Assembly (NCBI RefSeq): GCF_963921235.1
Contig: NC_086097.1
Coordinates: 234,176,001 to 234,240,000, forward strand
Source of the DNA: Mobula hypostoma
Lineage: Eukaryota
Length of the DNA: 64,000 nucleotides
Direction: 5' to 3'
Shown: positions 13,943 through 25,796 of the stretch, in pieces
How positions within the stretch are numbered: the first letter of the stretch is position 1
Layout: every line of letters begins with the position of its first letter
Notes under the pieces: model-generated
What the model was told of the DNA's origin: nothing
Seen by the model: only the letters and a program-made list of their open reading frames with translations
Database searches by the model: none
Made by a program: the position numbers and the translations under genes

Positions 13943-14184
13943 GATACAGACAGACAGGCTTTGGGGTTAGTTTTCTTTGGTGTTTAGTCTGAGGGTGGCT
14001 ATATATATATATTGTTTTTCCAGTTTTTGTTTTGTTTTGAGGTAAATAAAAGTACCTCAATTTATTTTTGAGACTCAAGCCATCTGGTTATTTTTCTTAA
14101 ACAATTGACCCACAGTTTTTTGTGACACCAGACATCTTGGAACTGATAGTAATTGTCATCAACAAGTATTTGTGAAACTGTGAA

Positions 14185-14690
14185 TATACACACATTGGTC
14201 CAACACCTAATAATGTGGCAACTGAGCGATGTCTGTGGTCTCCTGCTGCTGGAGCCCAGGTGTGTTGTGCATTCAGAGATGCTCTACTGTCGTAATGTGT
14301 GATTATTTGAGTTAGTGTCACCTTCCTGTCAGCTTGAACCAGTCTAGCCATTGTCCTCTGGACTCTCTCATTAACAAGCAACACACACAAAATGCTGGAG
14401 GAACTGAGCAGGCCAGGCGTCATTTATGGAAAAAACTGCAGTTGACGTTTCGGGCCGAGACTCTTCAGCAGTACACTGTACAGTCTCTTTCAGGGATGCC
14501 TACACTGAAGAAGTTTAAATTTTTCTTGTACTTTTTTTCCATAGATGCTGCCTGGCCTGCTGAATTCCGCTTACATTTTGTGTGTGTTGCTTTGGATTTC
14601 CAGCATCTGCAGATTTTCCCTCCTCTCTCATTAACAAGGCATTTTCACCCACAGAAATGCTGCTCACTGGAAGTTTTTTTTTGTTTTTCA
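14185..14690 (-). mobile_element. Tc1/mariner-derived non-autonomous remnant, split by a PLE hairpin
   Basis: Minus-strand peptide MARLVQADRKVTLTQIITHY resembles the Tc1 transposase HTH region. The sequence resumes after the TSD at 14623. Confidence 0.55.
14379..14622. mobile_element. 244-bp palindromic PLE-end insertion containing one hammerhead-like motif (minus strand, ~14440-14474)
   Basis: Inverted PLE termini. Perfect 16-bp TSD CTCTCTCATTAACAAG at 14363-14378 and 14623-14638. Confidence 0.82.
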
Positions 14691-15254
14691 TTTTTTTGAC
14701 CTGTGACTTTGACTTTCAACAATATCATGGTTCAGATATTGTAATTTTATCTACACTCTTTGATCATACAGTCCTTGGGTGATATATTTTGTCAATAAAA
14801 GGTTTTTGAATTTTTAACTTTTTGTTGAAGAAAACTGAAAATTTTTGATATCTCCCTGTATCAGTGTACAGTTTATTTCAGTTCCAATATGCACCACTTC
14901 AACAATTGGCAGTAACATTTTTTTGTGTTGATGTCAAAATTGCGCATTAGCACAGTGGAAGTGAATCCAGATATCTATCAGTGAAAGCTGCACAAACCTT
15001 GCTTTTGGAACATGCATAAGGGAGTGCAAAACTACCCGGAGACTTAAAAATTTCAGCTCAATAGTATTCCAAAAGCATGAGCAAGTTTGCAGCACCCTTT
15101 TTAAGAGGAGAAATTCCGAATGATCCTGCAGCATTCCACGTGCAATATCACAGGAGGGAGAGGAACACATGAGTGAGAGAAAGAGAGAGGGATATGCTGC
15201 AGATCTGAAACAAAATTAGAAGAAAGCAAATGGCAAAGCATTCAGTCGGTTTTG

Positions 15255-15420
15255 TGACATACCTGGGAGGAGAGAGAGAGATGGGGAAGACAGAGATAGA
15301 AAGAGAAAGGGAGAAATGAGGTGAGAGAGAGATGGGTGAGACAGACTGTGAGTGGGGAAAGGGGGAGAAGTGAGTGAGAGAAAATGGGGAGGGGAAGAGA
15401 GAAAGACAGAGAGAGATTAT
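15255..15420. repeat. GA-rich low-complexity tract
   Basis: Directly visible. Confidence 0.85.
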
Positions 15421-15859
15421 TCATATAAGTATAATTTGAACTCCTATTCAGAGCTGGAAACTCCAAATCCTGGCTTACATATCTTTTCACTTATGAAATA
15501 ATTTTTCTGAATCACTTTTTGGACTTTTGCATAGTTTGTGCAAATATGATCATGTGTGAGTCTAATCAAGGCTACAGTATATCATTCCCCTGCTTTTCAA
15601 TTTTCCCCTCGAACAACTCACAGCAGTGCTTTGTTTTCATTTTTAAAAAGTGCCACACTAATTTTAGTGATTTGTATTTATGCACCCTTAAACTGTAGGA
15701 AAATTGTTGTCTTGTTATTCTACCTACCAAAATGCACTATCAAATAATTTTGTATATTCAAACAAATTCATTTCTGAGTTACTACTTCTGTTTTAGCTAA
15801 ATAATATATCAGTTTTGGTACCATTGTAGCATAGTGGTTAGCACGACACTTTTTTATAG

Positions 15860-16172
15860 GCATCTGTTAATCTCGTGAGACCATGGAAAATGATCCTTAG
15901 AAGCTCCTTAGAAGGCTTCCAGGGCGCAGACCTGGGCAAGGTTATATGGAAGACTGGCAGTTGCCCATGCTGCAAGTCTCCCCTCTCCATGCCACCGATG
16001 TTGTCCAAGGGAAGGGCACTAGGGCTGATACAGCTTGGCACCTGTGTCGTCACAGAGCAATGTGTGGTTAAGTGCCTTTCTCAAGGACACAACACGCTGC
16101 CTCAGCTGAGGCTCGAACTGGCGACCTTCAGATCACTAGACTGACACCTTAAACACTTGGCCACACGCCAAC
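15860..16172 (-). mobile_element. tRNA-headed SINE with CORE-like domain
   Basis: On the minus strand: A box tggccaagtg, B box agttcgagcc, then tgtgtccttgagaaaggcacttaacc (MIR CORE-like). Inserted in another SINE head. Confidence 0.65.
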
Positions 16173-17719
16173 ACGCTACTACAGCACGGAACATTCTGGA
16201 GATCAGAGTTCAATTCCATAAGGCCATATGACACAGGAGCAGAATTAGGCCATTTTGCTCATTGAATCTGCTCCACCATTCAAGCATAGCTGATCCTTTT
16301 CTCCCCTCCTCAGCTCCCCTTCCTGGCTTTCTCCCCATAAGCTTTGATACCATGTCCAATAATGAACCTATCAAGCAAAGCCTTAAATACACACAACGAC
16401 TAGGCCTTTACAGCTGCCTGTGTTAACAAATTCTACAAATTCACCACCTTCTGGCCCTGCAGAACAGCATTAGTCACTGGCAGCCAACCAGAAAAGGATC
16501 CTTTTATTCCCACTCACTGCCTCCTACCAATCAGCCAATACTCTATCCATGCCAGTAACTTTCCTGTAATATCATGGGCTCTTAACTTGGCAAGCAGTCT
16601 CATGTGTGGCACCTTGTTACAGGCCTTCTGAAAGTCCAAATATACAACATCCACTGCATCTCCTTTATCTACCCTACTTGTAATCTCCTCAAAGAATTCC
16701 AACAGATTCATCAGGCAAGATTTTCCCTGAAAATCTCGGAGAAAATCCAAGGAAACCATGCTGACTTTGTCCTATCTTGTCCTGTGTCACCAAGTAATTC
16801 ACAATGTTATCCTTAACATTCCAACATCTTCCCAACCACTGTGGTTGGGCTAACCAGTCTATACTTCCCTTTCAGCTGCCTTCCTCCTTTCTTAAAGAAT
16901 GAAGTGACATTTCCAATTTTCCAGTCCTCTAGCACCATGCCAGAGTCCAATGATTTTTGAAAAATCATTACCAATGCTTCCAGAATCTCTACCGCTCCTC
17001 TTTCAGAACCCAAGGGTGCAGTTCATCTGGTCTGCGTGACTTATGTAGCTTTGGGTCTTTCAGCTTTTTGAGCACCTTCTCCCTTGTAATTGTAACTGCA
17101 CTAACTTCTCCTCCCTCACACCCTTCAACATCTGGCATACTGCTAGTGTTTTCCACAGTCAAGAATGATGCAACATACGCATTTCATTTATCTGCCATCT
17201 CCTTGTCCCCTGTTATTATTTCTTTGGACTGATTTTCGAGCAATTTCTGTTGTCATCACACTTATTTTTTACAGAAAAGCGTTCACTATCCACTTTGATA
17301 TTGGTTACTAGTTTGCTTTCATATTTCATCTTTTCCCTCCTAATGATTCTTTTAGTTGATCTCTGCTTTGTTGTATACCCTCTCTTTTGCTTTTACATTA
17401 GCTTTGACTTCTCTTCTCAGCCACGGTTGTACTATTTTGCCATTTGAATATTTCTTTGCTTTTGAAATCCATCTATCCTGCACCGTCCTCGTTTTTCCCA
17501 GAAACTCATTCCATTGCTGATCTGCTGCCATTCCTGCCAGCATCTCCTTCCAATTTACTTTGGCCAACTCCTCCCTCATACCACGAAAGTTTCTTTACTC
17601 CATTGAAATACTGCTATGTCAGAGATGGCAGGATTTTCCCTGTCAAATTTCAAATTGAACTTGATCATATTGTGATCACAGTCTCCGAAGTGTTCCTTTA
17701 ACTTAAGCTCCCTAATTAT

Positions 17720-19628
17720 GATTATGAGAGAAAACTGGCGGGGAACATAAAAACGGACTGTAAAAGCTTTTATAGATATGTAAAAAGGAAAAGACTAGTA
17801 AAGACAAATGTAGGTCCCCTGCAGACAGAAACAGGTGAATTGATTATGGGGAGCAAGGACATGGCAGACCAATTGAATAATTACTTTGGTTCTGTCTTCA
17901 CTAAGGAGGACATAAATAATCTTCCAGAAATAGTAAGGGACAGAGGGTCCAGTGAGATGGAGGAACTGAGTGAAATACATGTTAGTAGGGAAGTGGTGTT
18001 AGGTAAATTGAAGGGATTGAAGGCAGATAAATCCCCAGGGCCAGATGGTCTGCATCCTAGAGTGTTTAAGGAAGTAGCCCAAGAAATAGTGGATGCATTA
18101 GTGATAATTTTTCAAAACTCGTTAGATTCTGGACTAGTTCCTGAGGATTGGAGGGTGGCTAATGTAACCCCACTTTTTAAAAAAGGAGGGAGAGAGAAAC
18201 CAGGGAATTATAGACCGGTTAGCCTAACGTTGGTGGTGGGGAAACTGCTGAAGTCAGTTATCAAGGATGTGATAACAGCACATTTGGAAAGCGGTGAAAT
18301 GATCGGACAAAGTCAGCATGGATTTGTGAAAGGAAAATCATGTCTGACGAATCTCATAGAATTTTTTGAGGATGTAACTAGTAGAGTGGATAGGGGAGAA
18401 CCAGTGGATGTGGTATATTTGGATTTTCAAAAGGCTTTTGACAAGGTCCCACACAGGAGATTAGTGTGCAAACTTAAAGCACACGATATTGGGGGTAAGG
18501 TATTGGTGTGGGTGGAGAATTGGTTAGCAGACAGGAAGCAAAGAGTGGGAATAAACGGGACCTTTTCAGAATGGCAGGCGATGACTAGTGGGGTACTGCA
18601 AGGCTCAGTGCTGGGACCCCAGTTGTTTACAATATATATTAATGACTTGGATGAGGGAATTAAATGCAGCATCTCCAAGTTTGCGGATGACACGAAGCTG
18701 GGTGGCAGTGTTAGCAGTGAGGAGGATGCTAAGAGGATGCAGGGTGTCTTGGATAGGTTGGGTGAGTGGGCAAACTCATGGCAGATGCAATTTAATGTGG
18801 ATAAATGTGAAGTTATCCACTTTGGTGGCAAAAATAGGAAAACAGATTATTATCTGAATGGTGGCCGATTAGGAAAAGGGGAGGTGCAACGAGACCTGGG
18901 TGTCATTATACACCAGTCATTGAAAGTGGGCATGCAGGTACAGCAGGCGGTGAAAAAGGCGAATGGTATGCTGGCATTTATAGCGAGAGGATTCGAGTAC
19001 AGGAGCAGGGAGGTACTACTGCCTGCTCCTGTAGTACCAGGAGCACTACAGGCCTTGGTGAGACCACACCTGGAGTATTGTGTGCAGTTTTGGTCCCCTA
19101 ATCTGAGGAAAGACATCTTTGCCATAGAGGGAGTACAAAGAAGGTTCACCAGATTGATTCCTGGGATGGCAGGTCTTTCATATGAAGAAAGACTGGATGA
19201 ACTGGGCTTGTACTCGTTGGAATTTAGAAGATTGAGGGGGGATCTGATTGAAACGTATAAGATCCTAAAGGGATTGGACAGGCTAGATGCAGGAAGATTG
19301 TTCCCGATGTTGGGGAGGTCTAGAACGAGGGGTCACAGTTTGAGGATAGAGGGGAAGCCTTTTAGGACCGAGGTTAGGAAAAACTTCTTCACACAGAGAG
19401 TGGTGAATCTGTGGAATTCTCTGCCACAGCAAACTGTTGAGGCCAGTTCATTAGCTATGTTTAAAAGGAAGTTAGATATGGCCCTTGTGGCTACAGGGGT
19501 CAGGGGGTATGGAGGGAAGGCTGGGTTCTGAGTTGGATGATCAGCCATGATCATAATAAATGGCGGTGCAGGCTCGAAGGGCCGAATGGCCTACTCCTGC
19601 ACCTATTTTCTATGTTTCTATGTTTCTA
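17720..19628 (+). mobile_element. Young 5'-truncated CR1
   Basis: Open RT ORF and (CTATGTTT)n tail. TSD-like ctaattat / ctaatcat at 17712-17719 and 20048-20055. Confidence 0.92.
17840..19531 (+). CDS. CR1 ORF2 reverse transcriptase domain (N-terminally truncated, 563 aa open)
   Basis: KSPGPDG, NYRPVSL, QHGF, YLDFQKAFD, QGSVLGP, FADD, RPHLEYC. Confidence 0.9.
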   Translation: MIMGSKDMADQLNNYFGSVFTKEDINNLPEIVRDRGSSEMEELSEIHVSREVVLGKLKGLKADKSPGPDGLHPRVFKEVAQEIVDALVIIFQNSLDSGLVPEDWRVANVTPLFKKGGREKPGNYRPVSLTLVVGKLLKSVIKDVITAHLESGEMIGQSQHGFVKGKSCLTNLIEFFEDVTSRVDRGEPVDVVYLDFQKAFDKVPHRRLVCKLKAHDIGGKVLVWVENWLADRKQRVGINGTFSEWQAMTSGVLQGSVLGPQLFTIYINDLDEGIKCSISKFADDTKLGGSVSSEEDAKRMQGVLDRLGEWANSWQMQFNVDKCEVIHFGGKNRKTDYYLNGGRLGKGEVQRDLGVIIHQSLKVGMQVQQAVKKANGMLAFIARGFEYRSREVLLPAPVVPGALQALVRPHLEYCVQFWSPNLRKDIFAIEGVQRRFTRLIPGMAGLSYEERLDELGLYSLEFRRLRGDLIETYKILKGLDRLDAGRLFPMLGRSRTRGHSLRIEGKPFRTEVRKNFFTQRVVNLWNSLPQQTVEASSLAMFKRKLDMALVATGVRGYGGKAGF

Positions 19629-19632
19629 TATA

Positions 19633-20047
19633 TGTACTCGTTGGAATTTAGAAGATTGAGGGGGGATCTGATTGAAACGTATAAGATCCTAAAGGGATTG
19701 GACAGGCTAGATGCAGGACGATTGTTCCCGATGTTGGGGAAGTCCAGAATGAGGGGTCACAGTTTGAGGATAAAGGGGAAGACTTTTAGGACTGAGATTA
19801 GGAAAAACTTCTTCACACAGAGAGTGGTGAATCTGTGGAATTCTCTGCCACAGGAAACTGTTGAGGCCAGTTCATTGGCTATATTTAAGAGGGAGTTAGA
19901 TATGGCCCTTGTGGCTACAGGGGTCAGGGGGGAAGGCTGGGGCGGGGTTCTGAGTTGGATGATCAGCCATGATCATAATAAATGGCGGTGCAGGTTCGAA
20001 GGGCCGAATGGCCTACTCCTGCACCTATTTTCTATGTTTCTATGTTT
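19633..20047 (+). mobile_element. Second CR1 3' end in tandem
   Basis: Repeats 19209-19628 with multiple substitutions and has its own (CTATGTTT)n tail. Confidence 0.9.
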
Positions 20048-20689
20048 CTAATCATCTCCGGTTCATTACATACCACACAATCCAGTGGAGCTCATCTCCT
20101 AGTAGGCTCAATGACAAACTGCTCTAAAGGCCATCCCGTAGGCATTCAACGAATCACTCTTTTGAGATCCATTACTAACCTGACTTTCCCAATCGACCTG
20201 CATGTTGAAATCTCCCATGACTATCATAACATTGCACTTTTGACAAGCCTTTTCTATTTCCCGTTGTAATCTGTGGTCCACATCCCAGCTACTTTTTGGA
20301 GGCCTGTATATAACTGCCATCAGAGTCCTTTTACCCTTGCAGTTACTTAACTCAACCCACAAGTATTTAATATTCTCCAATCCTATGACACATCTTTCCA
20401 TTGATTTGATGCCATTCTTTAGCAGCAGAGCCACACCATCCCCTCTGTCTACATTCCAATCCCTCTGATACAACGTGTAACCTTGGACATTCTGCCTCCA
20501 ACTGCAACCATCCTTTAGCCACGATTTAGTGATGGCCACAACATCATACTTGACAATCTGTAATAGTGCAACAGGATCACCCACCTTATTTCTTATACTC
20601 CGTGCATTGAGATATAACACTTTGAGTACTATATTTTCTACCCTTTTTTGATTCTGCACCCCTAATTTTCAGACCTCAGTTCTGATTAC

Positions 20690-21205
20690 CTCACTCCAGG
20701 AAAGATGTGGAAACTATAGAAAGAGTGCAGAGGAGATTTACAAGTGTGTTGCCTGGATTGGAGGGAGTACATTATGAGAATAGGTTGAGTGAACTTGGCC
20801 TTTTCTCCTTGGAGAGTCGGGGGATGAGAGGTGACCAGATAGAGGTGTATAAGGTGATGAGGAGCATTGATCGTGTGGATAGTCAGAGGCTTTCTCCCAG
20901 GGTTGAAATGGCTAACACGAGGGGGCATAGTTTTAAGGTGCTTAGAAATAGGTACCAAAGGGATGTCAAGGGAAAGTTTTTCACACAGAGTGGTGGGTGC
21001 GCAGAATGCACTGCTGATGGCAGTGGTGGAAGCAGATACAATACAGTCTTTTAAGACTCTATTGGATGGGTACATAGAGCTTGGAAAAATAGAGGGCTAT
21101 GCTAGGGAAATTCTAGGCAGTTTCTATAGTAGGTTACATGGTCGGCTCAACATTGTGGGCTGAACAGCCTGTAATATGCTGTAGATTCCTATATTCTATG
21201 TTGTA
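20690..21205 (+). mobile_element. CR1 3' fragment (different subfamily)
   Basis: ORF 20707-21054 (IERVQRRFT..LGLFSLE..NTRGHSFK). Confidence 0.85.
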
Positions 21206-21749
21206 ATGTACTTATACTCACGCTGTTAGCTACAATTTTGACCCATCATCTGCTTGCCCTTCCGGACAGTCTGACTGCATGCTATCTTTGCTTTCATACC
21301 ATCCGTCCTGTCCTAAGTCCCTTCATTCTGGTTCCCATCTCCCTACCAAATTGCTCTAAACCCTCCCCGACAGCTCTAACAAACCTGCCCGCGAGAGTAT
21401 TGGTGGCATTCCATAAGGAGTCTCCTATATGTCCTCCCATGGAATGTGTGCGTTTTCTCCGGGTTCTCCAGTTCCCTCCCACAAATCAAAGACATGCTGG
21501 GTAGGTTAATTGCTCATTGTAAATTGTCCCATGATTAGGTTAGGGGTAATCGTGTTTGTCAGGGGTTGCTGGGGTGCCGTGACTCTACCCCACACTGTGT
21601 TGCTAAATAAAATAAGTTAAAAATAAATATAAAAATAAAATAAAGCAAAAGAGAATGAATAATAACTCACATTTGTCAGCTGTGCATTGGAATAAATGTT
21701 TAATAAATCTGAGTTTTTTTGTTCTTTTATTTTAATAGAATGGGTAGCA

Positions 21750-22055
21750 GTGTGGAGATGTATCTCTACCAAAGGGGGTGTAAGGAGATCCTTCCCTCCA
21801 CTGGCCAGCAGGTCACCTTTGGGTAAGGTGTGGCATCTGCTTTGCTCCCCCTGCTGATCAGGGTCAGGTGAAACCATGAGAGCAGGAATTGGATGGTCAT
21901 ATGAGTAGCTAGTGCATAATGTATGTCCTGGTTATGTGACCACTGAAGCCAGGCAGACAATCTCTGAAAAGTATTGATGATAGCTGGGGTCAGCCATCTT
22001 GTAAAGACACTGCCCAGGAGAAGGAAATGGTGAACCATTTCTATAGAAAATTTGC
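21750..22055. repeat. Interspersed SINE-like repeat; other copies at ~24110-24480 (opposite strand) and ~62265-62585
   Basis: Shared blocks gtaaggagatccttccctccactggccagcaggtcacc..gatcagggtca..agacaatctctgaa across the three sites. Confidence 0.65.
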
Positions 22056-24489
22056 TCCCGTTGTATGACACAACAAAGGAACAAGTCTAATAGAAAACAA
22101 AGTTACTTATACAGCATTTCAGCAAAAAGCAAAACCAAATATGCTTGTGAATAAAAGTACATCATAAGGAAAAAGTAAAGTAAGTGAAGTAGTTGTTTTG
22201 CTCCTGTCTGAAACGGTTGCATCAGGAAAGACTAAAGCATCTCGAGGAAACTCATGTGGTCACAGGGAGAAGGTATAAACCTCCTTACAATCAGCAGCAG
22301 CAATTGAATCCCAATCACTGGCTTTGTAAAGCGTTGTGTCTGGTTGCTACGCCACCGTACTACTGTAAATTTTAACAAGTTTGACATAGTCATGTCATCT
22401 TCTTGTCAATGATCGATCATATCAATTGATGTCTTTGGTTTCTCAGGTCTTCTGCCAACAGAATCTGTTTTCCTGCAACCATTTTGTCAAATCTCTTCAT
22501 GATTTTGTATATAAAAATACAATCTATTATTATTCTGTAATACTCCCTTTCATGATGGAAACAAGGGAGCATGTCATATGGTGATGGTAATGATAACGAA
22601 ACAATTCAAGTTACTGGCTGGCAGTATTCTTCTGATGACAAGAACGTGATCAGTGATAGGTGACTGAAGCCTGGGGATTATTCCAACAGTGCATTGTTTG
22701 GCAGAAGGGAGTGAGCTTCCTGGCCAAATAAACCCACCAACGTGTAAATTAAACTCAGAAGAAGAACTCAGTCATTAGGATGAATAAAGCTAACTATTGT
22801 TCATCATAATCAAAGAATCTTTTCTCTGCACTTCGGTAGTAAAATTTTAAACCCATTCTTTTTAAGTGAGCTTATGATTTTGTGACACAACACACAGTAA
22901 GGGAGTTTTCTCCCATGGCATAAAAAAAACATCATGTTTTGTCATAACAGGAACATAAAGTGATGAGGATGTCCTTGGCAATTTTTTTGAAAAGTGAAAA
23001 CTGGCAATAGAGCAGACAGATTTGTGTTATTGAGTTTATAACCGTAGAAAGTGGTATCACAGAACAGTCATTACATGTTTCCCTGAATGACTACAAATAA
23101 GACCACAATGAGCACTTTCCATGAAAACATATCACTGTTACTGCAACATTCTGTCCTTCAGCAACAAAAGCAATATGAAAATTATACCTGACAGGTGATT
23201 TCTGTCTAACGCAGGATGTTTCTATTCAATTTCTAATAGCATATTTATCACCAAAGATTGCTGCGGTTTAATTTTAATCTTATCATTTTCTCACTGCGGG
23301 TCACTTTGAAAAAGGCACCATTTCCTGACTAATCTAATGAGAAGATGACTTGCTCCACTGACTCTAAAAGTACTGGTCTTTGTTCATTAAACATGAGCAT
23401 TAGGGCCTCACAGAGATCTCTTCAATGAATTTCCTCCCTCCTGCTTAACCTCCCACCATGTGAAGCACCAAAAGCTCCATTTTCCATTTGCCTTAATGAC
23501 CTGCTTCAAGAATGCTCTAAGATGGCTCCAAAACTTGTGAACAATTCAGAGTAATAGGCCCTGTATCTATCTATCCATATTTGTTAATGTATAAAAATCT
23601 AGGCAACAGTTCCTACTGACTGCAAATCCTTTGATCTTCATTTTCCAATTACTAATTAATGCAGGTTCTTCTGTAAATATAACTTTATCAATACTAGAGC
23701 TACACACACACACAAAACCCAGGAGGAATGCAGCAGGTCAGGCAGCATCACTGGAGAGGAATAAACAGTTGATGTTTCAGGCTAAGACTCAGAGCACAGA
23801 GGGGAAGCAATGAGAGAGGGTCTCACTGAACTCCCATTGACGAGAAGGTTTAAACTTCTTCAGCGTAGGCATACCTCGAAGAGACTTTGCAGTGAAACAG
23901 AAAATCATAAACCCAAGAGATTCTGCAGAAGCTGGAAATTCCAGAACAACACGCACAAAATTCTAGAGAAGCTCGGAAAGTTGGGCAGTATCTATGGAGA
24001 GGAATAACCAGGCAATGTTTTGTGCCAAAACTATACATTGGGGCTGGTTATCATTATTATTTGTTTATTCCTCTTTCTCTGCCTTCTATATTCTTCACAG
24101 AGCTGTCGATATCATCATTATGTGCCATGTCTTATGCCATAGGCGATCATGACCATAACTATTCTTGGCAATTTTTTTTGCAGATGTGATTTGTCATTGC
24201 CTTATTCTGGGCAGAGTCTTTACAAGACAGGTGACCCCAACCATTAACAACACTCTTCAGAGACTGTCGGCCTGCTATCGGTGGTTACATAACCAGGACT
24301 TTTCATATGTACCAGCTGCTCTTGCAACCATTCACTGCCTGCTTCCATGGCTTCTCGTGACCCTGATCGGAGGGGCAAAGCAGGGGCTACACCTTGCCCA
24401 AGAATGACCTGCAGATTGGCGGAGGGAAGGAGCACCTTACACCTCATTTGCTAGAGACGTATCACCATCCCGCCACCCAGTCACAGAGC

Positions 24490-25630
24490 TGTTCAATATG
24501 GAAACAGGCCCCCAGCCCAAATCCACCATGCTTACCTCAGCAAGTTTAATTTCCCTGCGATTGGTCTATATCCATTTAAATCTTTTCTATTTATGTACCA
24601 ATCTAAGTGCCTTTTAAATGTTGCAATAGTACTGCTTTCTCCAGCAGTTCTTTCTCTATATCTGTCACCCCCTTTGTGAAAAGGTTGTCCATCAGTTCCT
24701 TTTTAAATCTTCACTCTCTCTCCTTCAATCTATGTCCTCGAGTTTTCGACTTCCCTACACTGGAAAACAAAAGATTGTGAATATTCACTTTATTTATGCC
24801 CCCCATGATTTTATATTCTTCAATAAAAGTCACACCTGACCCTCCTGCAGTCTAAGAAAAACAATTCCAAGCTTATCCAACTTCTCATAATTCAAGCCCT
24901 CCATTTCTTATAACTTCCTTATGAATATTTCCGGTCCGCTTTGCAGCTTGATGACATCCTAACTATAGTTGAGTGAGGATATTTTTAAAAAGTATATAAA
25001 ACTATGAAAGATATAGATAAGGTAAATGCCAGCAGGCCTTTTCCACTGAGGTTGGGTGAAATGAGCACGAGAGGTCATGGGTTAAGGGTGAATGGTAAAA
25101 GGTTTAAGGGGAACATGATGGGGAACTTCTTCACTCAGAGGCTGTGAGAGTGGTGAGTGTGGGACAAGCTGCCAATGGAAGTTGAGGATGTGGGTTTAAT
25201 TTCACCATTTAAGAGAAGTTTGGGTAAGTGCATAGATGGGAAGGGTATGGGCCAGGAGCTGGTTGATGAGACTAGGCTGAATAATAGACTGGCATGGACC
25301 AAAGGGCCCTTTTCTGTGCTGTAGTGCTCTAATTACACCCAGTAGTCTAAACATGGCTTCATCAATGATATGCACAGTTGTAACATGATGACCACACTCC
25401 TGTATTCAATTCCCTGACTGATGAAGGCAAGAGTGTATAATGCCTTCCTTACACTCCGGCTGCCTGAGTCTTCATTTTCAGGTAACTAAACACCTCTACC
25501 CCTATCTTTTGCTGCTCTACCACACTCTCAAGGCCCCTACCATTTATTACATAAGCCTTGCCATCATTTAACTGATCATAATGTAACACCTAGCATTTGT
25601 CCAAGTTAAATTCCATCTGCCATTCTTTGG
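24490..25630. mobile_element. Cluster of old CR1 fragments (minus 24490-24960, plus 24980-25330, minus 25335-25630)
   Basis: Degenerate CR1 3' motifs, e.g. agaggtcatgggttaagggtg..ggggaacttcttcactcagag. Confidence 0.65.
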
Positions 25631-25796
25631 CCCACCTCACTGTAGGATCTAGAACATGTAATAATCTACAATCCTCTTCCTCTATCAACCCGATTTATGA
25701 CCTAAAGTTTTCAATTATAACAAAGGGAAAACTGTCAGAGTTCCCTATCATTTAACCTTGAAATAAATCCCAGCTTTTGAAATGGGTAGTTAAAAA

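Larger units (their letters stand above)
11524..13955 (+). mobile_element. Nimb/I-group LINE, 5'-truncated, young
   Basis: 13-bp TSD AGGCTTTGGGGTT at 11511-11523 and 13956-13968. (GACA)n tail. RT + RNase H + zinc-knuckle ORF. Confidence 0.88.
16220..21408 (-). mobile_element. Long decayed CR1 (ORF1 end, endonuclease, RT, 3' tail) interrupted by plus-strand CR1s
   Basis: ORF1 C-terminus TNTLAGRFVRAV (~21330-21405). APE endonuclease 20108-20659 (YLNARS, IYRPP, MGDFN). RT pieces 16514-17579. Internal deletion near 16460. Confidence 0.85.

Noticed and set aside
13860..14622. CRISPR array or miRNA gene from repeated hairpins
   Set aside because: There is no regular repeat-spacer period. The hairpins are explained by inverted PLE termini with TSDs, and there is no expression evidence for miRNA.
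16095..16172. tRNA gene
   Set aside because: A/B boxes run straight into a SINE body, with no intact cloverleaf or terminator.
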